A DNA stretch of 63,702 bases, counting the filler, from Licmophora abbreviata (taxonomy: Eukaryota), in assembly GCA_900291995.1 (NCBI GenBank). It is 8 parts of 8 records of this genome, joined end to end, with 100 filler letters (N's around TTAATTAATTAA, not from the genome) between each part and the next. Parts side by side here need not be neighbours in the genome. Positions count along the whole stretch, not along the records: positions 25,777 to 41,187 come from OLMU01000712.1; positions 41,288 to 43,045 come from OLMU01000713.1; positions 43,146 to 47,681 come from OLMU01000714.1; 5 more parts are not named here. The stretch is one strand, 5' to 3'. Position 1 is the first letter of the stretch. Each line of letters starts with the position of its first letter. A program made the translations under genes and the position numbers. Below the pieces are notes generated by a model. The model made no database searches, had not been told where the DNA came from, and was given only the letters and a program-made list of their open reading frames with translations. Below are positions 34,301-47,367 of this stretch, piece after piece.

Positions 34301-37019
34301 TCGCTTTCTTTCCTCCAGGCCACGCATTGCACTCTGGATAATCGTCGCTGCGCCATTCTGGTGGAAAACTCGGTGGGCTTCCAGAGCATCATGAGGTGGC
34401 TTCCTCATGAACACTTTCGTGAGACCAAGTTGGACATCAGTGCGAGGGAAGGTGATAGGCTTCGGCTGGTGCTGCATTCGGCGAATTTTTTCGGATCTGC
34501 TGATTCCTTCTTCGTTCGGGTCGAGCTTTCCACCTCCTCCAGCAGCCTTCTTGACGGCGCCTTCCTCGAGATTAATCTCAACAAGCTTCACGCACAGCAT
34601 CTGGGGTTCGTGACCCTCCATACTCCATGGCAGTTTCTCGTCTGGGGTCGACGGAAGCAGCATTCGATATCTCTGGAAGAACGCCGTGTGGGTGAGCCGA
34701 ACTGGATATCCCATTCGAGCCACACGAACTGCCTCAAGCACACCTCCATATCGCAGCTGCTCGGTGAGACGTTTTCGTGTCAACATCATCGGCTTCGCAG
34801 AGTCGTTTGGTTTCAGACAGCGGATATAGTGCGGATCAGTCTTTCCGACGTTCTCAATCAGACTCGAAAGCTGTTCCTTGAACTGCTGTCCAACAGTCTT
34901 GGACTTCGCTGCCCCAGGCTTCGACGATGAGTCGGGTGAACGCTCCTGTGACTCGCGCTTTTGGATCTCGTAAGTGTCTTTGATGAGCTGGCTTGGAGCG
35001 GTCTCGAATAGAGTCTGTGCAGTCAACGGGATCTCGTCCTTATTCTTCTCCATGAATCCCGTTTCCGCGCTGTATTCCACGACGCCCGCGAAGTGACGAA
35101 CGCAGAAGATATATTTCGATTTCTGCACGAAGCTAGCGCTGAAGCGGGTGTTCGCAGACTCGACTTGGTGCGTGTCTGGGAGGAAGCGATCGTACATTCG
35201 GTTCGCAAAATTCTTGTCGCTACCTCTCGGCAACCGACATTCGTCGTCCAGCATGGCAATAATGCCAGTCTTGTTCTGTTGAATCGTATCGAGGCAATCT
35301 TGGTTGTCCGGGAACTCAATAAACGCCCACTCGATGTTCTCGCGTTCGTACTCGGCCTGCTCCATCTTGAAAATGAACTTGTTGAACTGCTGCTGCAAAG
35401 CCTCGTTCGTGTAGTTGATACACAGCTGCTCGAACGAGTTCGTTGCAAAGCATTCGAAGCCAAAAATATCCAGAACTCCACAAGAGGATTTGATGTCGGA
35501 GTCGTTCTCCCAGCAAATACTCTGGTTGACCTGGTCGACTACCCACAAGAAAAGCGCTCCGTACACCGTCTTGGAAAGGGCATCTCGCGCATCCACGGCC
35601 TTCTCCGGTGGCAACTGAGTCACGATTTTCTGTCCTCTAGCCACAATAATCCTCTCTGTTAAGGCCGTCTTGAGTTTGTCCACGTTGACTCCAAGAAGTT
35701 CGGCAGAATCCTTCAGTACACGTTCTTCCGTCACTACCGCGATATCCTGTCCGCTGTCATTTTCCTGCGTGTCAAACGCGATCTGGCCGAGATGCAGTAG
35801 ACCAGCAATAATACACATGACCTTGTCCATCGTGTCTTCTGACCAGCCCAAGCCCTTCATAGCCTTCAGCGTGTATTTGAGTCCATCCTCGTCTGTGAAC
35901 TCCCGTAGATGAGGAGCCCCGCCTTGTCCGGTGTAGTGGAAGTAGTTCGGTAACTCGAGACCCTGAGTGGCGCCATCATGCAGTCGGTATTTCTTCTTGT
36001 CGTCCTCGGATGCTCCTCGGAGCAGCTGGTAGAAGATGTGGTAGTTTCGCTCTCCAGACGCATGAAAAGCAAGACGGACCTTTTCGAGCAAATAGGTCTG
36101 GACCTTGGCTCCCATAAGGTGACCGCTACGGCTGAATCCAAGCTCGATGAACTTTCCGAAACGCGACGAGTTATCGTTTCGGAGAGTGCGAGCGTTGCCG
36201 AATGCCTCTAAAACAGGGTTGGACTGCAGAACGCGGTCCATAATGGAGAGATTTCCGCCATCGTGGTGGCCGTGCTCCATGACGGTGCTTCCCGCTCCCA
36301 GCGTTGTAAGGTACAGCATAACAATCTTGGTCGACTCAGTCTTTCCAGCACCACTTTCCCCGGAGATGAGAATAGACTGTGACTTGCGCTCGTCGGACAT
36401 CATTTGCCGGTACGAGCGGTCGGCAATGGCGTAGACGTGAGGGCCCAGGGCCGACTTGGTATCTCCCATGCCTTGCGAGCGCAGGAGTCCCTCGCGCCGG
36501 TACTTTTCCAGAATGTCCTTTTGAAAGTGAAAAGAATGAGATAGAGAAAGTGAGCTGGAGGTTCGCCACGGGGCTCCGTGCCTGGTGCCACTACGACGAC
36601 TGCTCTGGTGCGTGGTGACACCGCGAGCGACTTACGTTTGTATATAGTGGAAGCCGCTGAAAGGGATTGACTGCAATGAGGACGGGCCCTGTCCATGTAT
36701 AGATGGTTCCGTCGAAGAAACGCTCCGTGATGGCGTGTAGAAGAGCAGGCTCGTGCAAGTGAGGAAGCGTGATGAGATCGTTGTCGCGGCCGGCCGCGCG
36801 CTCTTGGGCGCTGAGCTTGGCGTTTGCCAGTTCGACGCCTTCGTACTTGATCTCTCCTGTTTCTTCGTCACTGACCGAGACTGGGCGAGAAAACTTCTTC
36901 GAAGAGTTCTCGACCGTCTGGAGCTGGAGCTCCGAGTCGGTCTTCTTGACGACTTCTGCCAAGATCCACGCATCCTCGCCGTCCCGGTCGTCGTACCACA
37001 CGTGGGCGCCGGCTTCCAT
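31400..37019 (-). CDS. Myosin heavy chain (SH3-like, motor, IQ motifs, coiled coil, PH-like tail, terminal coiled coil); at least 4 exons
   Basis: P-loop GESGAGKT, LEAFGNARTLRNDNSSRFGKF, DIFGFE, PHYIRCLKPN, QLRYGGVLEAVR; IQ motifs IQSAMRG and IQKFIR; introns ~36520-36634, ~34155-34231, ~32670-33187. Confidence 0.93.
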
Positions 37020-37576
37020 GGTCAATCACGCTTTTTCGGAACTACAAGCTTCCGCACACCACACAGTCACTCAAAGCGTCGTCTGAGAAGTCTACACAAG
37101 TGATACAAGCGGTGAAGGGAGGAGTGACAAACAGCCTGAGGAAGAGCAGATTCAAGATGCTTGCCTCCTCAACGCGCGGCTTTGGCATTCGTGCCGGCGG
37201 GGCTTTCTCGTTGTGAAGATGACCATGGCTTCGAGAGCCACTTGCCCAAGATGCCACGTTGACTTCCTACACGACGCTCCCCAGCGCATGGGTCACTCAA
37301 TCTTATGCTTCTGTACACAATGGTCATTCATGTGTCGCCGTTCCCGCGAGTCCATGCGCTGGGGAGTTTATGATAGTCTTCGTGTATATGCTTAACTCAA
37401 TAGACTCAACGGATACATTGGGAGACTCAACTGAATGAATGCTGTTGAGTCGATTCAGTCGAACTAGTCGTACCATGCGACTTCCTGCGTTCATTAGAGA
37501 TATGGCTACAATTGTCTGAAGTGGTGTAGGTATCGCAATAGCTGCAGGACATGTTTACATCACAAGGAGCTCAGCT

Positions 37577-39031
37577 CTAGATTACGCAATGTGTATATTC
37601 GCTTGGTTCGTTTTGCAGCACCACCAGCTTGTCTCCGAATGTTTCCTCGAGGTCTACAATCGATATCCGGGATGCTTTTTCCTCGGGACTGGCTCTCTGC
37701 AAGAAGACCCCAAGAGCATTCTGAGATTCAGCCACGAGAGTTAGCTGAAGGTGAGACACGAATTGAGGAAGGCGAGACACCATTTCTACTCTAGCTAGAG
37801 TTCTTACCAAAACAGCCTGCTGACAGTGCATGACTTCAATTCGATCCTCTTCGCTTGTGGGTCCCTCCAGTTTCTCATCCCATGCTTGCCAGTAAGGCAT
37901 TACTAGTGGCAAGAGAAATGCATCAATCGCCTTGACCCCAAATAGAGACGCCCCGACGATACCGCCATAAGCCGTTGTGGCGGGCTTTCCAATGTCCGCG
38001 GCCTCGCATAGCGTCTTGAGGACGCGAGCCTTCAGAGTAGAGTACTCGTCGCCAAAGCTGCGAAGAAAGAAAGGAAAGCAGAATGTTCAATGTGAGAGTA
38101 CTCGCAAAAGCGCATGCATCTGTCCACCCTTCAAAAGTCAACGATACACTCACAGATTGCAGGCCTGGAGCAATGTCTGCGATGCTTCTTGTCGAAGGGC
38201 CCAATGATTGTCCAACCGACTTGCAGACAGCTTCTTCGCCACGACACAGGTAATAAGTGCAGGCAGTATCTGATGGAGGTGCAACTCGAGATGCAAATGG
38301 GTATTGGAAAGAAGCGATCGGATCATTCTGACCAAGGTACGACAGTGCTCGGGGTGGTCCACATGCTGGTATAGTTGTTGAGAGACATATCGAACAAAGA
38401 AGGGCAACAATTCTTGCAAGCCCGCATCACGAGCCAGGCTGCCCAGTGCCGCATCCTGCTGTTGTCTCGTTGTGGGACTAGAACCTCCACGTTCAATGGC
38501 AATGGTAATACGAGTAAAATATAGCTGAAGCTCTTCTGACAAGAGGCGAGGTAGCAACTGCCGAACGCTCACGCCACGGCGGAGTTCGTCTTCGATTGTC
38601 GACTCCTGGTCCCGGGCTGCTTCGTCTTCTTCGACGCGGTGAATGGATCGCTTCGGAGGATTCTGTGGAATCGGTGGCTGGGTCCCATCCACAGCCAGCC
38701 AGTGCGATGTAAGTCCGACTTCGGACGGGGGGTGGAGGCGGTTTTCGCTGCGAAGATAGACATTCAAGTCTACAGGCTTCGTAGTTGGATCCTCGCCGGG
38801 CCCAGGAGGCACCACAATGCTAGTAGCGTACAGCTTTTCGCTGCCTCTCCATTGAAGTGCCAAGTTGACATCTTCTGCGTGAATTCGGTTCCGTAGAGTT
38901 CCGTCGTCGACGCTGCCTTGGTGGTAGCGAGCACGCTTGGAATGTCGATTCACAGATGCCGCCTCTCTCACCAACGACGTCAAGTGCTCTTCCACCATGG
39001 CAGACAACGTGGCCTTGGCAGTAGCCTGCAT
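37577..39031 (-). CDS. TAF6: TFIID subunit TAF6; 2 exons
   Basis: N-terminal histone fold, HWLAVDGTQPPIPQNP, LSEELQLYF, DAGLQELLPFF, LHQILPALITC, NHWALR; intron ~38060-38153. Confidence 0.92.
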
Positions 39032-39701
39032 TGTACACGGCGTGCGGGGGGCGTTTGTTAAACGAGAAGGAACCAGAGTGAAGCGTCAACCGTTCTCCGC
39101 CATGGTTTGTGTCGGGCGACGGCTGACGGGCCCATATCGCTGGTTGACTCGTTCGACTAATCGAGAGTACGTCTGTCCAATAACCGCGCTCCATTCATTT
39201 ACCGTTTAGCCCTTACTTGTAGCGTAGAAGTGTACCCTTCTCTACGGTGGGAAATTCCTCACCGCTGCCTTGCTGCATTGATTGTGCTTGTAGAGGACTG
39301 CCGATGTGAGTGTCGCCATGGCAAAAGCCGGTCGATTTTCATGGGATGCTCCGGATGGAGAGCTCCCCTGCAGGTGATTGTTGATGTGAATGGCTGGAAG
39401 GAATGAGTAGAACGAAAGCTGCTGTGGAGAACGAGCGACCTTCGTGACATGGTCTGCTGGCTTCCAGGTTCCTTGTCCTAAACACCGTTACCTTGAGCGA
39501 TGAATCAGTGTAATCGACCAGTTCTGTCGGGGCCCGGAGAGGCTTTATGGATGTTATGCTGTGATTGAAACAGATCATGTTGACATCTATTTGTTAAATC
39601 TGGCGGTGTTTCTTTTTTCTCCTTTTTCCCTTAAGCTCGTTCTCACGCCGCCGTTTCCCGCCTTTTAGCTTGTCGATTACTAGATCTCTTACAAAAGCAA
39701 A

Positions 39702-40016
39702 ATGGTGAACGTTCCAAAAGAGCGCAGGACATACTGTGCAGGAGTAAAGTGCAAGAAGCACATGCTCCACAAGGTCACTCAGTACAAAGCCGGAAAGGCG
39801 TCCAACTTTGCACAGGGAAAGCGACGTTACGACTCCAAGCAGATGGGATTCGGTGGACAGACCAAGCCAGTCTTTCACAAGAAGGCAAAGACAACTCGTA
39901 AGGTTGTTCTGCGTCTCGAATGTAAGAAGTGTAAGACCAAGAAGCAGCTTTGCCTCAAGCGGACGAAGCACTTCGAACTCGGAGCTAAGAAGGCGGAGGC
40001 GGGTCATCAGTACTAG
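39702..40016 (+). CDS. RPL44: 60S ribosomal protein eL42 (L44/L36a)
   Basis: [55 protein letters not shown]. Confidence 0.99.
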   Translation: MVNVPKERRTYCAGVKCKKHMLHKVTQYKAGKASNFAQGKRRYDSKQMGFGGQTKPVFHKKAKTTRKVVLRLECKKCKTKKQLCLKRTKHFELGAKKAEAGHQY

Positions 40017-40083
40017 ATTTCCTGTCATTCAATAGTCAACACACTTGTGGGATTGTCTATCATCTGTTCTTTTCTATATTGAA

Positions 40084-40986
40084 CTATGCGTTTCGTCGGC
40101 TGTTACCGTCAATAACAACCAGTAGACTTTGCGGGCCATCAAACTCCACGTCGGCTGCGTCAATGGCAACTCGGAAAGCCAGTTCCGAGTTGGCTTTTGG
40201 CACGACAACTACTTTGCCCTCTTTTGGAAACGACAGTGCCCTCTGTCCTCCCTGCCCAACTGTAGACTTTACGTTACTACGCCGGGCAGAGGATGCTACA
40301 AAATGCCAAGTATTGTATGTCTCGTCAACCACCATGCCCTCTGTTCCGAGCCATTGTTTGTGCGCCGGACATTTCCGTATGTGCACGACGCCTCCCCTTA
40401 GCTCGCAACCTGCCAATCGGGAAGACATCGAAGCAAGAGCGGTAGCATCCTTCTCTAGACAGGCCGCTGGGGTCGGCCCAATCAATTCTCGAATGTATTT
40501 TTGCCATCGCTCATGAAGTCTCGTCAGAATCCCGTCCATATTTCGCTCATTGTCAAGTTTGGTCTTTACCTCGACTGGTGCCTTGGATGCAAGTTTCCGG
40601 GCAGGCAATAGTCGCTTTCGTTCCTTATTTGTAGTACGGTGTAGTCTGAATTTTGTTTCCTTTCTCTTCGGCGGTTTAGAATTTATCCCCCCACCCACCA
40701 AGGTCAGAGCTCTCTGTCGTATCCGATCGTCTACTTCGTTTAGCGCGAGAGGCCGTCCGCCATTGTTTTTCCCTTGACATCCCGCTGCTTTCTGGTGGAA
40801 GTCAGCGCTAACACACTGCAAGAACTCTACAAGGGATGACTCCCGAATGGACGCAGGGACCTTTTTCCGGGATGATGAGTAAGATTGGGCGTCCTGAGCA
40901 TCGTACGCAGAGAGTGGTGCGTAGAGAGCATTCTTCGATAATGTGGATGACGAGCGTGTTCCGGTTGGAACATTTTGATGGCTCAT
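40084..40986 (-). CDS. POP4: RNase P/MRP subunit p29
   Basis: LHERWQKYI..ELRGGVVHI..GTEGMVVDETYNTW..VVPKANS. Confidence 0.8.
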   Translation of the reverse strand: MSHQNVPTGTRSSSTLSKNALYAPLSAYDAQDAQSYSSSRKKVPASIRESSLVEFLQCVSADFHQKAAGCQGKNNGGRPLALNEVDDRIRQRALTLVGGGINSKPPKRKETKFRLHRTTNKERKRLLPARKLASKAPVEVKTKLDNERNMDGILTRLHERWQKYIRELIGPTPAACLEKDATALASMSSRLAGCELRGGVVHIRKCPAHKQWLGTEGMVVDETYNTWHFVASSARRSNVKSTVGQGGQRALSFPKEGKVVVVPKANSELAFRVAIDAADVEFDGPQSLLVVIDGNSRRNA

Positions 40987-41444
40987 TGCGACTCTCGCGT
41001 CGCTTCTCAGCTGCCTTCCTTCTAATGGGCTTCGAGTGGTCACTTGACTTCAAGTCTGCAACTGATGAAGAGGTTGTTTGATTGAACCTTGACTTGCATT
41101 ACCACAGGTGTCGCCTATCGCTTTTTGCTCACAATCGACGAATGTCGGGCATACTTTTTGGTGATGAGGGTTCAGGTTTTAGGCGAANNNNNNNNNNNNN
41201 NNNNNNNNNNNNNNNNNNNNNNNNNNNNNNNTTAATTAATTAANNNNNNNNNNNNNNNNNNNNNNNNNNNNNNNNNNNNNNNNNNNNACCTATGATTAGA
41301 ACAGGAGACTACTTCGATGGAACAATTTAGACACGGAGTAGGTCCCAGGGGACCTTAGCATTCAACATTGACGTTCAATTATCAACCTTTTTCGAACTTC
41401 TAAGACCTAATTTTATCCATTGGTTTGTAGGTGAAGCTTGAGAG

Positions 41445-43006
41445 CTACCTTGTAGGGTGCTCAATAGAAAGAGGTTGGTCTCCCGGCAGGGGCAGCGTCG
41501 TTGATAGCTCAAGAGTCCTATACCACGAGAAAGGGATGATGGACAGCTTCTCCCACTTGTCGACATATGCACGAACGTTCAACGAGTCGTAGCCATTCTC
41601 CTCGATCTTCTCCAAGATCTGGCCGTAGGCATCCAAGGAAAGCTGTACGGGCAAGCGGCTCTCTGGGGCTAGCATGAAGACGCCTCTTCGTGCTCGTTCG
41701 TAGTACATTCGCGCCCGCTCGATCTGGAACTTCATCATTCTGACATAGTTGTCGTCAAGCTTTCTCTCAAAGATCTGCTCCTCGGTTACGCCGAACTTTT
41801 TCATGTCATCGCGTGGTAGGTATATTCTTCCACGCGTGACTGCGTCCTCTCCTACGTCTCTCAATATGTTGGTCAACTGAAAGGCAACGCCTAGAGACAG
41901 TGCAGGCTCCCTGCGTCGCAGAAAAACAGAGTAGGATCTGGTTAGTGGGGCTGGACATTCTGTATGCATACGAATAGTATGGTATTCATTTTTACTCACT
42001 TTGCAATCTCTTCGTTGAATCCGGGTGCACATCCGAAGATCGGCATGCTCATCAAGCCTACAGTTCCTGCTACTCGATAGCAATACAGATGGAGCTCGTC
42101 AAAGTTCTCGTACCGCTCCTGGCCAAGATCTGGCACGTCCATCAGCATTCCGCGGATCATGTCCAAGAAGGGCGCAATCGAAAGATTCGGATACTTGATT
42201 CGAACGTCAAGCAAGCAAAGGTCAAAGACATCTTCGACCTCTCCGTACTTCCAAAGGTTCTCCAATCGCATTTCCCAACGGCTTAGATCATACAGCATTT
42301 CGTCGTCATTGTCGCGGGGGGCATCCACGATCTCGTCGGTGCGGCGACACCAGACGTACACTGCCCAAATTGCCTCGCGTGGGGCTGTATTGAGCAGTTG
42401 AGTCCCCATGTAGAAAGTCTTTGCGAAGGCACCAGTAACTTCGCCAGATTCGTCATACGCCTTTCGAAGTAGTGCTCTCATGGAAGCCTTCTCTTCCGAT
42501 GACAAGGTGTCGACAGCCGCAACATCATCTTTGAGCTGAAAGAAGCCAGGAGGAGCCTGAGCGCGAAGATAAGCGGCGCAGCGCTGTACGTTCGTAGCAT
42601 TAGCATAGTTTCCAAGCTCATGACCGACTTCTTCAATGACTTCGTCATTTATTCCCAGAATGGCGTCCTGTGGCGAGCGGGCGACACTGCTATGGTCCGC
42701 TGTTGATGCTCTAGCGTCGAGGAGCGCTTGTTCCGCTCGTGAAGGACCCTTGACAGCACCAAAGTCGATAATCTGCCCACCTTCGAGAATCTTTCCCGAT
42801 GACAGCTCAGTTTCGATCTCATCTTTGCTCCGTCCACTTCGATTTTGGTCACTGGGAGCTGATGATTCCACGGCAGACTGAAGATAGGTTTTCAAGCGAG
42901 CAGCAGATTCAAGCGGTGGAGATCGTGATAGTTTTGGAGCTGCGAAGCCGGAAACAGTACTGAGAGAGATCAGCGCGAGAAACGTTACGACAGGGTAGCT
43001 CATCAT
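41445..43006 (-). CDS. PSY: Phytoene synthase, plastid-targeted; 2 exons
   Basis: VSG-FAAP presequence; AKTFYMGT, YVWCRRTDEIVD, YCYRVAGTVGLM, QLTNILRDVGED..RGRIYLP; intron ~41910-41999. Confidence 0.97.
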
Positions 43007-45311
43007 GGTGATGTTTGGGCGGGGGCTCTCTCCTCTCTTGCTAAANNNNNNNNNNNNNNNNNNNNNNNNNNNNNNNNNNNNNNNNNNNNTTAATTAATTA
43101 ANNNNNNNNNNNNNNNNNNNNNNNNNNNNNNNNNNNNNNNNNNNNATGTGGCCTTCTTCACTTGCTTGCTTGTTTGCTTCATGAGTTCTTCTTCTTCTTT
43201 TTCTTCTTGACCCACCACCAGCAGACAGCCAGCAGGCCAGCAGTAGCTATGGTAATCCCTCGTAGCTACATGTAGCAAGAACTAGTACTAACTAAAATCA
43301 GCCGCACCACCTTCTTCTTGTTCCCTCGTCTTGCTGGTGCTTCTTGGCTTGTTGAGCTTGAGCGACAAGTCAAGGACTTCTTGCTTGCCTTGCTGCTTGT
43401 CCTTCTTGCTTGGTCTAGTAGTATCTAACCAGCAGCAAGCTGCGCTGATGATGATGGACATGGTAGCGAGCAGCAAAAGAAGCCCCCGCTCCTCTGGCAG
43501 ATCATGCATGCATCACCTTGTCTATGTGCTTGTGCCAGTGGAAGCAGCCACGCACACCTAACCTTGAGCAAGGATGGCTGGTCCAGCCAAGCAATGATGC
43601 AATTATCCGATACTGCCTGTTCTGCCCTTTAGTACTTCTAGATTTTTAAAAATGATAGCTAAAGGCGATTACTTGCTTATCTTTCATCTTTCGTCTTTTG
43701 TCACCTTTGTGAGCAGTTAGTCTTAGGTAATCAATGTTTAAAATTTAATCATTGGGCTTCTCTAGACCAATCACTCAAACCTTTATTGCGCGCCAAAGTT
43801 GTGTCTGCAGCTAAGAAAAATCTTACCAAATCTGTGTAGCTTTTGCACCTCATTTGCACCACTTCCTCGTAGAGTGGGTAGGAGTTGCTGTACTTTTGTG
43901 GACAAGCCGTCATCCATATGGTCAAATAAGAGCTCAGAGAAAAAATGACATCTGTTGCGAACACTCAAGCCAACGCTGATGTCTTGTGCGTCTGCACGTG
44001 ACCTTCACCTGAGCAAAACGATTCACAGGAAGACCCTATGTATCCGACTGATTACCATTTTTTTTGCATGAACTCCTTGAGCCGATTGAGGGACAAAGCC
44101 CTCACAAAAAAACTTATTCCAACAGACCATTCTAGGGAATCATGCCCCTGGAACACCTTGATAGGTTCATGTGCCGACTCACTGTCAAGAAGTCGGATTG
44201 GACTGTGGCGTGTGGGCGATCTTGAATAGCCATTAACTAGTACTGAACTTGCTTTCTCGAGATCAGACGACTACGCTGAATCCGAGGTCACGGATCAGCG
44301 TGACCACCAGGGACGGTAATACGACATCCGATTTGACTTCACAGACTTCAAGATCCCAGGCTACTCGTCCGGACACAAATTTTCTGCGGTGGCGATTGGT
44401 GGTATCTGGTACGTCCGCAACAGTACTAGCTCGCGACGAAGCCCTTGATGGTCCAGGACGCCCTTTCTTTCCCCAGGCTTTAGAAGCGATGAAGGCTCGT
44501 GTGATGGGAAACTGTTTGGACCTCTATTCTTGACCCGACCTCTGTGCAAACCGCAAAAGCGGCAAAGATTCTACTTCACCGACAGGCAACATGTCTGGCA
44601 TAGCTCAGTTGGTATTTTGTTACCACCTCTTAAATTTTAATGTAAGCTTCTACCACGAGATCACAGAAAAGCAATGCTTGACAACAACTAATCAGTAATA
44701 CCTGCTATCTTGCTAGTACGACTTGTGGATTTTCATTTAACGACAACTATCCCTGAGATGAGAAAATTTGTATCTAGTAGAAAACCCAAGACCCTAATTT
44801 CGGCCGGACACTACCTGCTATGTGTGACAATATACAGGGTCATTTGGAGAACGAGTATAGATGAGATTAAGGAAGACTTGGATTCAACTCCGAATTGCCA
44901 ACCAAATAGCGGAAACAAGTGTATCACACTATTTAAATGACACAACAAAGCTCAACGGAATTGGAGGACAATCCCAAATACTTTTCCCGTACAGTTTTAT
45001 ATGTTTGCCGGTGCCAGGTAGTACCTCGTACTCTAGGTAGAAAATTATCAGTACAAGGTGATGTATTTCGTTACAAAGTTGATTTGTATGCAGAGATAGG
45101 TGATAGCAGCACGGGAGGTAGCTATTTGAGATACCGGGAAAATTGTATGCACGACGATGGCTTCTCGTCCCAATGAGCGCTTGTAATGGGGAGAGACTGT
45201 GCGAGACGTTATAAGTCTGTTTGTACCTGCTAGCAACTTTTCTGCTGAGAATGGAGTGTATCTGAGGAGATGCGCAATCAATCGAGTACGCCGGTCAAAA
45301 ATCGTGAGACA

Positions 45312-45528
45312 GTTGAAGTCTCCTCATCTCTGGTGGGGTTGCCTTTGCCATATCGTACAGACTTGGTTAAAGCTGTGGAAGGATGAAATAAGCAAAAAAA
45401 TAGTAATAACAGCATCAATGTTGAAGTCTCCTCGTCTCTGGTGGGGTTGCCTTTGCCATATCGTACAGACTTGGTTAAAGCTGTGGAAGGATGAAATAAG
45501 CATAAAAACTAGTAATAACAGCATCAAT
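45312..45528. repeat. Tandem duplication, two near-identical ~108-bp units
   Basis: GTTGAAGTCTCCTC(A/G)TCTCTGGTGGGG...AACAGCATCAAT begins at 45312 and again at 45420. Confidence 0.95.
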
Positions 45529-45614
45529 TTCATTTGCCCGGCTCGTCTGAGGAAGCACTCTGTACAAGCATCTTCTACAGTAGTTTGAGACTAGCTGGTA
45601 CTGTAGTTCCGAAT

Positions 45615-47039
45615 TCAATTACCAGGCAAACTTGAAGAAGGCGAGGTATCATACGTGTATGCATTGTGTCTCTTGAACCTACTTGCTCTTTTTTGACTTG
45701 TGCTTGCTGGAAGGGGATGCTGGCTTTTCCCCGACTGGGCAGAAAAGAGAAACCGGGGTAAATAAGAAGCCGCGTGATGGTCCTTCGCTGCTTGTAAGGC
45801 ATGATATCCCATCAAAGCAGCCCGAGCCAAATTGCCATTGTAGTGTTCGCCGCTGTCCTGAATGCGAACAGAAGGCTGAACCACGGATTGGTCGAGCCAC
45901 TGACCGAGAATCTCTCTCATTTCGACATTGGACTTCCCAAGCCGACCGATCAGGCGATCTTTGCATGCCTCTTCGAGTCGCTGTGTGCCCAGATCTGCGA
46001 GGTCAACAGCTTCTGCAACCAAAAACTCATCACTTTCTGCCACTTTCTTGATGTGATTTAGAACCTTCCCGCGGGTTACAAATGTGGGCAAGAAAGAATC
46101 CAAGGGCGAGCTTCCTTCAATTGTTTGCGCAAGTCCTTTAATGATGGTCTTTGGAATCGCAACCAGACGTTTGCTCTTTGCGTCTAACTCCGTTTCGCTG
46201 AAGATCTGTCCGCTGAGCGTGTCTAGGACAAGATTTGCCCCCTCTGCTCCGTCGCGTACAGGAGCTTTGAGGATGTCGCTTGCAAGCGCATGCCCAATGT
46301 GTTCCATCTTTTCCATAGCTTGCTGCTGTCCCTTTCGCCCGAAAATGTTCAGCTTGGCGAGAGCTGGAACCACTCTCGCATCCCTTTCCATTTTCAGCAA
46401 TGTTCGAATGACGGCATGAGAGCGCTCCCTCGACAGAGCCTGCATCTTGGTCTCAGCTCCACCCGACTTGTCTTGAGGGGCGAATGCGGAAGGTAGCATC
46501 TCCGGATAGAACATTAATGCATACGGCAAGAAACGAGGGGCGCCGAACGAGAGGAATCCGAGCTGCGTAAGCTTTGCTCGATCTTCCCTGCCTTTGATCA
46601 GGAAAGCGTACTCATCGTAGGTTATCCCTCCGTTCACAGACTTGAGACGTTTCTTCACCTCGGAACGAGACATTCCCCCATCCTCCCATTTGATCCGAAG
46701 TGTATCTCTGTTGTGCTTCTGCTTTGCACGAATTTCATTGCATCTGCCATAGTTCTGCCACATCAGACCAACGCCATCAACCATGCGGACTACAGAGTCC
46801 TTAACGTAGCCTACCATCTGGAAAACTGGATTCCCGCCGCTGTCGCTCTTGGCCGAAACGTCCACGTCGGTTCGTGCCTCAGACAGAGCCGCCCCTGCGG
46901 CGGGAGCACTCGTGAGTGCGATCAGAGGAGATGGCTGTGCCAAGAGGTGCGCCGTCCGGCGAGAGCACGAAACCGAGACTGGTGCGAGAGCAACAATCGC
47001 ACAGAGTGCGGCCCAAGACATTCGACGTCGCATCATCAT
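45615..47039 (-). CDS. LETM1-like domain protein with N-terminal signal peptide
   Basis: LMFYPEMLPSAF and ESDEFLVAEAVDLADLGTQRLEEACKDRLI resemble LETM1 motifs; hydrophobic N-terminus. Confidence 0.65.
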   Translation of the reverse strand: MMMRRRMSWAALCAIVALAPVSVSCSRRTAHLLAQPSPLIALTSAPAAGAALSEARTDVDVSAKSDSGGNPVFQMVGYVKDSVVRMVDGVGLMWQNYGRCNEIRAKQKHNRDTLRIKWEDGGMSRSEVKKRLKSVNGGITYDEYAFLIKGREDRAKLTQLGFLSFGAPRFLPYALMFYPEMLPSAFAPQDKSGGAETKMQALSRERSHAVIRTLLKMERDARVVPALAKLNIFGRKGQQQAMEKMEHIGHALASDILKAPVRDGAEGANLVLDTLSGQIFSETELDAKSKRLVAIPKTIIKGLAQTIEGSSPLDSFLPTFVTRGKVLNHIKKVAESDEFLVAEAVDLADLGTQRLEEACKDRLIGRLGKSNVEMREILGQWLDQSVVQPSVRIQDSGEHYNGNLARAALMGYHALQAAKDHHAASYLPRFLFSAQSGKSQHPLPASTSQKRASRFKRHNAYTYDTSPSSSLPGN

Positions 47040-47367
47040 GGACGATAGAAACACTGATTGGGACTGACTGTAGACTGATCAGTAATCACACTGCTTATAT
47101 AATATAAGCATCTGCCAACAGGCTGTGATCGCTGATGCCGATGGCCAATGCTCAATGCTAGACTGCCGTGCGACTGTGAACCTCGGGTTCCACGTGTTCG
47201 GAAGTCATGGCAAGCAAGTCGATGAAAGTGGAAAGTGTGACCTTTTGACTTTTTTAAAGAAAAATGGCGCGCGCTCTGCGAAATGAACCGAAGTAACCCG
47301 GGCTCTGTGCGCATTTCTCATCTTGTGTGGCTGGCTAGAAGGCAGCTAGCTACTTATGTACCCCTGG

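Noticed and set aside
13279..35662. Long antisense ORFs (e.g. 13279-14025, 32076-32783, 33526-34176, 34361-34930, 35093-35662)
   Set aside because: Shadow frames opposite well-supported genes, expected with this codon usage
39855..39880. Cycloheximide-resistance substitution in eL42
   Set aside because: The sequence has the ordinary GQTKPVF proline
11843..43006. ispG and PSY as an isoprenoid/carotenoid cluster
   Set aside because: About 27 kb and many unrelated genes apart
44601..44614. TAGCTCAGTTGGTA, a tRNA D-arm/A-box-like string
   Set aside because: No B-box/T-loop or acceptor-stem pairing follows; at most a relic
45312..45528. CRISPR-like array
   Set aside because: Only two contiguous long units with no spacers, in a eukaryotic context with no cas genes
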